Origin: Flectonema sp. DT1601
Lineage: Eukaryota
DNA: 55,024 bases
Direction of reading: 5' to 3'
NCBI GenBank assembly: GCA_964019425.1
Contig: OZ025792.1
Location: forward strand, 1,426,001-1,481,024
Shown in pieces: positions 46,700 through 55,024 of this stretch. The notes under the pieces are model-generated. The model had not been told where the DNA came from, ran no database searches, and saw only the letters and a program-made list of their open reading frames with translations. A program made the translations under genes and the position numbers. Numbering within the stretch: the first letter of the stretch is position 1; the number at the start of each line of letters is the position of its first letter.

Positions 46700-47560
46700 T
46701 ATTCTCCTCAGGGATTTGTGAAGCCTTTTCGAGATCGATAGGCCAAGGGATAACCATAAGAAAGGTGTAACCATGATTTCTTGGAGGTGAGTGGCACAAA
46801 AAGCAGTAAAAAAAAAAAAAAAAGAAATCCCATGACAAAGGCAAATAACTGCAAAAGCAGCAATTCTCTTTCCGCAAACGCCCCCCCGTGGGTCATCAGG
46901 TCATTTGGTAGTGCCAACCTGCAACAGGTTAACATGCAACACTCTACCTTTCTTCCCGTAATGCGTGACACCATTCAACATTTACGTAACACTTAGCACC
47001 AGGCCTGCTTGCGGGAAGAAACAGAAGCCTCATTCTCAATACGGAAGTAGCTAGGTCTGGCGCTTACATAGCACTTCTGGGCGACCGAATATTATTCCTG
47101 TAATGCGTGACACTATTACGTAGCACTTAGCACCAGGCCTGCTAGCAGGAAGAAACAGAAGCCTCATCCCCAGTACGGAAGTAGCTAGGCCTGGCCAGCT
47201 TACAGTGCTGCGTAAGTTTTGATTGGCAAACAACTGCAAAACTTTTTTCTCCACCCAGAAATTTGTGAAGACTTTTCGGGGCCGATAGACCGAGAGATAA
47301 CCATAAAAAAAGATGTACTCATGTTTTTTTGGAGGTGAGCACAAAAAGTGGTAAAAAAAAAAAAAAAAATTCCGTGACAAAGGCAAATAACAGCAATTTT
47401 CTTTCTGCAAACGCCCGCCGTGGATCATCAGACTGTCATTTGGTAGCGCCGACTTGCCACAGGTCAATATGCAACGCTACTTTTCTTTCCGTAATGCGTG
47501 GCACCAGTCAACACTTATGTTGCACTTAGAACCAGACCTTCTTGCGGGAATGCAAAGAAG
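46700..47560 (+). repeat. Diverged tandem duplications
   Basis: 46714-47020 resembles 47260-47550, and 46955-47070 resembles 47095-47195. Confidence 0.75.
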
Positions 47561-47664
47561 AATTAGTGTGTAATTAGGTGAGGCCTGGCCTGGGTACCTG
47601 GCCCAGGACTTGGTGGATTTCCTCAGAACCCAAAATATCCCCAATGCTGACAATTATATAGGAG

Positions 47665-50600
47665 AAACCCGCAAACCCGCAAACCCGCAAACCCCGCAAA
47701 CCCGCAAACCCGCAAACCCCGCAAACCCGCAAACCCGCAAACCCGCAAACCCGCAAACCCGCAAACCCGCAAACCCGCAAACCCGCAAACCCGCAAACCC
47801 GCAAACCCGCAAACCCGCAAACCCGCAAACCCGCAAACCCGCAAACCCGCAAACCCGCAAACCCGCAAACCCGCAAACCCGCAAACCCGCAAACCCGCAA
47901 ACCCGCAAACCCGCAAACCCGCAAACCCGCAAACCCGCAAACCCGCAAACCCGCAAACCCGCAAACCCGCAAACCCGCAAACCCGCAAACCCGCAAACCC
48001 GCAAACCCGCAAACCCGCAAACCCGCAAACCCGCAAACCCGCAAACCCGCAAACCCGCAAACCCGCAAACCCGCAAACCCGCAAACCCGCAAACCCGCAA
48101 ACCCGCAAACCCGCAAACCCGCAAACCCGCAAACCCGCAAACCCGCAAACCCGCAAACCCGCAAACCCGCAAACCCGCAAACCCGCAAACCCGCAAACCC
48201 GCAAACCCGCAAACCCGCAAACCCGCAAACCCGCAAACCCGCAAACCCGCAAACCCGCAAACCCGCAAACCCGCAAACCCGCAAACCCGCAAACCCGCAA
48301 ACCCGCAAACCCGCAAACCCGCAAACCCGCAAACCCGCAAACCCGCAAACCCGCAAACCCGCAAACCCGCAAACCCGCAAACCCGCAAACCCGCAAACCC
48401 GCAAACCCGCAAACCCGCAAACCCGCAAACCCGCAAACCCGCAAACCCGCAAACCCGCAAACCCGCAAACCCGCAAACCCGCAAACCCGCAAACCCGCAA
48501 ACCCGCAAACCCGCAAACCCGCAAACCCGCAAACCCGCAAACCCGCAAACCCGCAAACCCGCAAACCCGCAAACCCGCAAACCCGCAAACCCGCAAACCC
48601 GCAAACCCGCAAACCCGCAAACCCGCAAACCCGCAAACCCGCAAACCCGCAAACCCGCAAACCCGCAAACCCGCAAACCCGCAAACCCGCAAACCCGCAA
48701 ACCCGCAAACCCGCAAACCCGCAAACCCGCAAACCCGCAAACCCGCAAACCCGCAAACCCGCAAACCCGCAAACCCGCAAACCCGCAAACCCGCAAACCC
48801 GCAAACCCGCAAACCCGCAAACCCGCAAACCCGCAAACCCGCAAACCCGCAAACCCGCAAACCCGCAAACCCGCAAACCCGCAAACCCGCAAACCCGCAA
48901 ACCCGCAAACCCGCAAACCCGCAAACCCGCAAACCCGCAAACCCGCAAACCCGCAAACCCGCAAACCCGCAAACCCGCAAACCCGCAAACCCGCAAACCC
49001 GCAAACCCGCAAACCCGCAAACCCGCAAACCCGCAAACCCGCAAACCCGCAAACCCGCAAACCCGCAAACCCGCAAACCCGCAAACCCGCAAACCCGCAA
49101 ACCCGCAAACCCGCAAACCCGCAAACCCGCAAACCCGCAAACCCGCAAACCCGCAAACCCGCAAACCCGCAAACCCGCAAACCCGCAAACCCGCAAACCC
49201 GCAAACCCGCAAACCCGCAAACCCGCAAACCCGCAAACCCGCAAACCCGCAAACCCGCAAACCCGCAAACCCGCAAACCCGCAAACCCGCAAACCCGCAA
49301 ACCCGCAAACCCGCAAACCCGCAAACCCGCAAACCCGCAAACCCGCAAACCCGCAAACCCGCAAACCCGCAAACCCGCAAACCCGCAAACCCGCAAACCC
49401 GCAAACCCGCAAACCCGCAAACCCGCAAACCCGCAAACCCGCAAACCCGCAAACCCGCAAACCCGCAAACCCGCAAACCCGCAAACCCGCAAACCCGCAA
49501 ACCCGCAAACCCGCAAACCCGCAAACCCGCAAACCCGCAAACCCGCAAACCCGCAAACCCGCAAACCCGCAAACCCGCAAACCCGCAAACCCGCAAACCC
49601 GCAAACCCGCAAACCCGCAAACCCGCAAACCCGCAAACCCGCAAACCCGCAAACCCGCAAACCCGCAAACCCGCAAACCCGCAAACCCGCAAACCCGCAA
49701 ACCCGCAAACCCGCAAACCCGCAAACCCGCAAACCCGCAAACCCGCAAACCCGCAAACCCGCAAACCCGCAAACCCGCAAACCCGCAAACCCGCAAACCC
49801 GCAAACCCGCAAACCCGCAAACCCGCAAACCCGCAAACCCGCAAACCCGCAAACCCGCAAACCCGCAAACCCGCAAACCCGCAAACCCGCAAACCCGCAA
49901 ACCCGCAAACCCGCAAACCCGCAAACCCGCAAACCCGCAAACCCGCAAACCCGCAAACCCGCAAACCCGCAAACCCGCAAACCCGCAAACCCGCAAACCC
50001 GCAAACCCGCAAACCCGCAAACCCGCAAACCCGCAAACCCGCAAACCCGCAAACCCGCAAACCCGCAAACCCGCAAACCCGCAAACCCGCAAACCCGCAA
50101 ACCCGCAAACCCGCAAACCCGCAAACCCGCAAACCCGCAAACCCGCAAACCCGCAAACCCGCAAACCCGCAAACCCGCAAACCCGCAAACCCGCAAACCC
50201 GCAAACCCGCAAACCCGCAAACCCGCAAACCCGCAAACCCGCAAACCCGCAAACCCGCAAACCCGCAAACCCGCAAACCCGCAAACCCGCAAACCCGCAA
50301 ACCCGCAAACCCGCAAACCCGCAAACCCGCAAACCCGCAAACCCGCAAACCCGCAAACCCGCAAACCCGCAAACCCGCAAACCCGCAAACCCGCAAACCC
50401 GCAAACCCGCAAACCCGCAAACCCGCAAACCCGCAAACCCGCAAACCCGCAAACCCGCAAACCCGCAAACCCGCAAACCCGCAAACCCGCAAACCCGCAA
50501 ACCCGCAAACCCGCAAACCCGCAAACCCGCAAACCCGCAAACCCGCAAACCCGCAAACCCGCAAACCCGCAAACCCGCAAACCCGCAAACCCGCAAACCC

Positions 50601-53600
50601 GCAAACCCGCAAACCCGCAAACCCGCAAACCCGCAAACCCGCAAACCCGCAAACCCGCAAACCCGCAAACCCGCAAACCCGCAAACCCGCAAACCCGCAA
50701 ACCCGCAAACCCGCAAACCCGCAAACCCGCAAACCCGCAAACCCGCAAACCCGCAAACCCGCAAACCCGCAAACCCGCAAACCCGCAAACCCGCAAACCC
50801 GCAAACCCGCAAACCCGCAAACCCGCAAACCCGCAAACCCGCAAACCCGCAAACCCGCAAACCCGCAAACCCGCAAACCCGCAAACCCGCAAACCCGCAA
50901 ACCCGCAAACCCGCAAACCCGCAAACCCGCAAACCCGCAAACCCGCAAACCCGCAAACCCGCAAACCCGCAAACCCGCAAACCCGCAAACCCGCAAACCC
51001 GCAAACCCGCAAACCCGCAAACCCGCAAACCCGCAAACCCGCAAACCCGCAAACCCGCAAACCCGCAAACCCGCAAACCCGCAAACCCGCAAACCCGCAA
51101 ACCCGCAAACCCGCAAACCCGCAAACCCGCAAACCCGCAAACCCGCAAACCCGCAAACCCGCAAACCCGCAAACCCGCAAACCCGCAAACCCGCAAACCC
51201 GCAAACCCGCAAACCCGCAAACCCGCAAACCCGCAAACCCGCAAACCCGCAAACCCGCAAACCCGCAAACCCGCAAACCCGCAAACCCGCAAACCCGCAA
51301 ACCCGCAAACCCGCAAACCCGCAAACCCGCAAACCCGCAAACCCGCAAACCCGCAAACCCGCAAACCCGCAAACCCGCAAACCCGCAAACCCGCAAACCC
51401 GCAAACCCGCAAACCCGCAAACCCGCAAACCCGCAAACCCGCAAACCCGCAAACCCGCAAACCCGCAAACCCGCAAACCCGCAAACCCGCAAACCCGCAA
51501 ACCCGCAAACCCGCAAACCCGCAAACCCGCAAACCCGCAAACCCGCAAACCCGCAAACCCGCAAACCCGCAAACCCGCAAACCCGCAAACCCGCAAACCC
51601 GCAAACCCGCAAACCCGCAAACCCGCAAACCCGCAAACCCGCAAACCCGCAAACCCGCAAACCCGCAAACCCGCAAACCCGCAAACCCGCAAACCCGCAA
51701 ACCCGCAAACCCGCAAACCCGCAAACCCGCAAACCCGCAAACCCGCAAACCCGCAAACCCGCAAACCCGCAAACCCGCAAACCCGCAAACCCGCAAACCC
51801 GCAAACCCGCAAACCCGCAAACCCGCAAACCCGCAAACCCGCAAACCCGCAAACCCGCAAACCCGCAAACCCGCAAACCCGCAAACCCGCAAACCCGCAA
51901 ACCCGCAAACCCGCAAACCCGCAAACCCGCAAACCCGCAAACCCGCAAACCCGCAAACCCGCAAACCCGCAAACCCGCAAACCCGCAAACCCGCAAACCC
52001 GCAAACCCGCAAACCCGCAAACCCGCAAACCCGCAAACCCGCAAACCCGCAAACCCGCAAACCCGCAAACCCGCAAACCCGCAAACCCGCAAACCCGCAA
52101 ACCCGCAAACCCGCAAACCCGCAAACCCGCAAACCCGCAAACCCGCAAACCCGCAAACCCGCAAACCCGCAAACCCGCAAACCCGCAAACCCGCAAACCC
52201 GCAAACCCGCAAACCCGCAAACCCGCAAACCCGCAAACCCGCAAACCCGCAAACCCGCAAACCCGCAAACCCGCAAACCCGCAAACCCGCAAACCCGCAA
52301 ACCCGCAAACCCGCAAACCCGCAAACCCGCAAACCCGCAAACCCGCAAACCCGCAAACCCGCAAACCCGCAAACCCGCAAACCCGCAAACCCGCAAACCC
52401 GCAAACCCGCAAACCCGCAAACCCGCAAACCCGCAAACCCGCAAACCCGCAAACCCGCAAACCCGCAAACCCGCAAACCCGCAAACCCGCAAACCCGCAA
52501 ACCCGCAAACCCGCAAACCCGCAAACCCGCAAACCCGCAAACCCGCAAACCCGCAAACCCGCAAACCCGCAAACCCGCAAACCCGCAAACCCGCAAACCC
52601 GCAAACCCGCAAACCCGCAAACCCGCAAACCCGCAAACCCGCAAACCCGCAAACCCGCAAACCCGCAAACCCGCAAACCCGCAAACCCGCAAACCCGCAA
52701 ACCCGCAAACCCGCAAACCCGCAAACCCGCAAACCCGCAAACCCGCAAACCCGCAAACCCGCAAACCCGCAAACCCGCAAACCCGCAAACCCGCAAACCC
52801 GCAAACCCGCAAACCCGCAAACCCGCAAACCCGCAAACCCGCAAACCCGCAAACCCGCAAACCCGCAAACCCGCAAACCCGCAAACCCGCAAACCCGCAA
52901 ACCCGCAAACCCGCAAACCCGCAAACCCGCAAACCCGCAAACCCGCAAACCCGCAAACCCGCAAACCCGCAAACCCGCAAACCCGCAAACCCGCAAACCC
53001 GCAAACCCGCAAACCCGCAAACCCGCAAACCCGCAAACCCGCAAACCCGCAAACCCGCAAACCCGCAAACCCGCAAACCCGCAAACCCGCAAACCCGCAA
53101 ACCCGCAAACCCGCAAACCCGCAAACCCGCAAACCCGCAAACCCGCAAACCCGCAAACCCGCAAACCCGCAAACCCGCAAACCCGCAAACCCGCAAACCC
53201 GCAAACCCGCAAACCCGCAAACCCGCAAACCCGCAAACCCGCAAACCCGCAAACCCGCAAACCCGCAAACCCGCAAACCCGCAAACCCGCAAACCCGCAA
53301 ACCCGCAAACCCGCAAACCCGCAAACCCGCAAACCCGCAAACCCGCAAACCCGCAAACCCGCAAACCCGCAAACCCGCAAACCCGCAAACCCGCAAACCC
53401 GCAAACCCGCAAACCCGCAAACCCGCAAACCCGCAAACCCGCAAACCCGCAAACCCGCAAACCCGCAAACCCGCAAACCCGCAAACCCGCAAACCCGCAA
53501 ACCCGCAAACCCGCAAACCCGCAAACCCGCAAACCCGCAAACCCGCAAACCCGCAAACCCGCAAACCCGCAAACCCGCAAACCCGCAAACCCGCAAACCC

Positions 53601-55024
53601 GCAAACCCGCAAACCCGCAAACCCGCAAACCCGCAAACCCGCAAACCCGCAAACCCGCAAACCCGCAAACCCGCAAACCCGCAAACCCGCAAACCCGCAA
53701 ACCCGCAAACCCGCAAACCCGCAAACCCGCAAACCCGCAAACCCGCAAACCCGCAAACCCGCAAACCCGCAAACCCGCAAACCCGCAAACCCGCAAACCC
53801 GCAAACCCGCAAACCCGCAAACCCGCAAACCCGCAAACCCGCAAACCCGCAAACCCGCAAACCCGCAAACCCGCAAACCCGCAAACCCGCAAACCCGCAA
53901 ACCCGCAAACCCGCAAACCCGCAAACCCGCAAACCCGCAAACCCGCAAACCCGCAAACCCGCAAACCCGCAAACCCGCAAACCCGCAAACCCGCAAACCC
54001 GCAAACCCGCAAACCCGCAAACCCGCAAACCCGCAAACCCGCAAACCCGCAAACCCGCAAACCCGCAAACCCGCAAACCCGCAAACCCGCAAACCCGCAA
54101 ACCCGCAAACCCGCAAACCCGCAAACCCGCAAACCCGCAAACCCGCAAACCCGCAAACCCGCAAACCCGCAAACCCGCAAACCCGCAAACCCGCAAACCC
54201 GCAAACCCGCAAACCCGCAAACCCGCAAACCCGCAAACCCGCAAACCCGCAAACCCGCAAACCCGCAAACCCGCAAACCCGCAAACCCGCAAACCCGCAA
54301 ACCCGCAAACCCGCAAACCCGCAAACCCGCAAACCCGCAAACCCGCAAACCCGCAAACCCGCAAACCCGCAAACCCGCAAACCCGCAAACCCGCAAACCC
54401 GCAAACCCGCAAACCCGCAAACCCGCAAACCCGCAAACCCGCAAACCCGCAAACCCGCAAACCCGCAAACCCGCAAACCCGCAAACCCGCAAACCCGCAA
54501 ACCCGCAAACCCGCAAACCCGCAAACCCGCAAACCCGCAAACCCGCAAACCCGCAAACCCGCAAACCCGCAAACCCGCAAACCCGCAAACCCGCAAACCC
54601 GCAAACCCGCAAACCCGCAAACCCGCAAACCCGCAAACCCGCAAACCCGCAAACCCGCAAACCCGCAAACCCGCAAACCCGCAAACCCGCAAACCCGCAA
54701 ACCCGCAAACCCGCAAACCCGCAAACCCGCAAACCCGCAAACCCGCAAACCCGCAAACCCGCAAACCCGCAAACCCGCAAACCCGCAAACCCGCAAACCC
54801 GCAAACCCGCAAACCCGCAAACCCGCAAACCCGCAAACCCGCAAACCCGCAAACCCGCAAACCCGCAAACCCGCAAACCCGCAAACCCGCAAACCCGCAA
54901 ACCCGCAAACCCGCAAACCCGCAAACCCGCAAACCCGCAAACCCGCAAACCCGCAAACCCGCAAACCCGCAAACCCGCAAACCCGCAAACCCGCAAACCC
55001 GCAAACCCGCAAACCCGCAAACCC
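47665..55024 (+). repeat. Telomere-like array (AAACCCGC)n = (TTTGCGGG)n, ~920 units, running to the window end
   Basis: Homogeneous 8-mer array. Only two AAACCCCGC variants were seen, both in the first ~60 bp. Confidence 0.97.

Noticed and set aside
47574..55020. Three ~2450-aa ORFs (RVCGFAGL)n, and similar ORFs at 42260-42822
   Set aside because: Artefacts of a stop-free 8-bp repeat.

Overview
This window is a eukaryotic, AT-rich pile-up of mobile elements with a subtelomere-like layout. The host is probably a euglenozoan protist, inferred from an LSU rRNA fragment and VIPER/TATE-type retroelements. Only one host-like gene is visible: a secreted protein on the - strand, 935 to beyond the window start, which the ORF track missed. 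6.1-29.4 kb is a deeply nested set of insertions: piggyBac > short retroposed 'element A' > tyrosine-recombinase (YR) retrotransposon F1 (gag-YR-RT/RNaseH, split direct repeats) > related YR element F2 > RLE-type (HERO-like) non-LTR retrotransposon > element A. The non-LTR element appears to carry a ~5 kb 3' region with a hairpin satellite. 5'-truncated copies of that region occur elsewhere and end in a stem-loop that covaries with the 3' end of element A. 30-40.5 kb is a decayed Polinton/adintovirus-like element (integrase, pX-like protein, adenain protease, PLA2-domain protein, pPolB tail), split by one such copy. That copy in turn hosts an intact Sola-type transposon, a MITE and a pogo-like fragment. 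The window ends with tRNA-derived SINE debris, a 32-bp minisatellite and ~7.4 kb of (AAACCCGC)n. This array is telomere-like, but its C-rich strand points toward the window end. All family assignments come from motifs recognised by eye; no database search was run.
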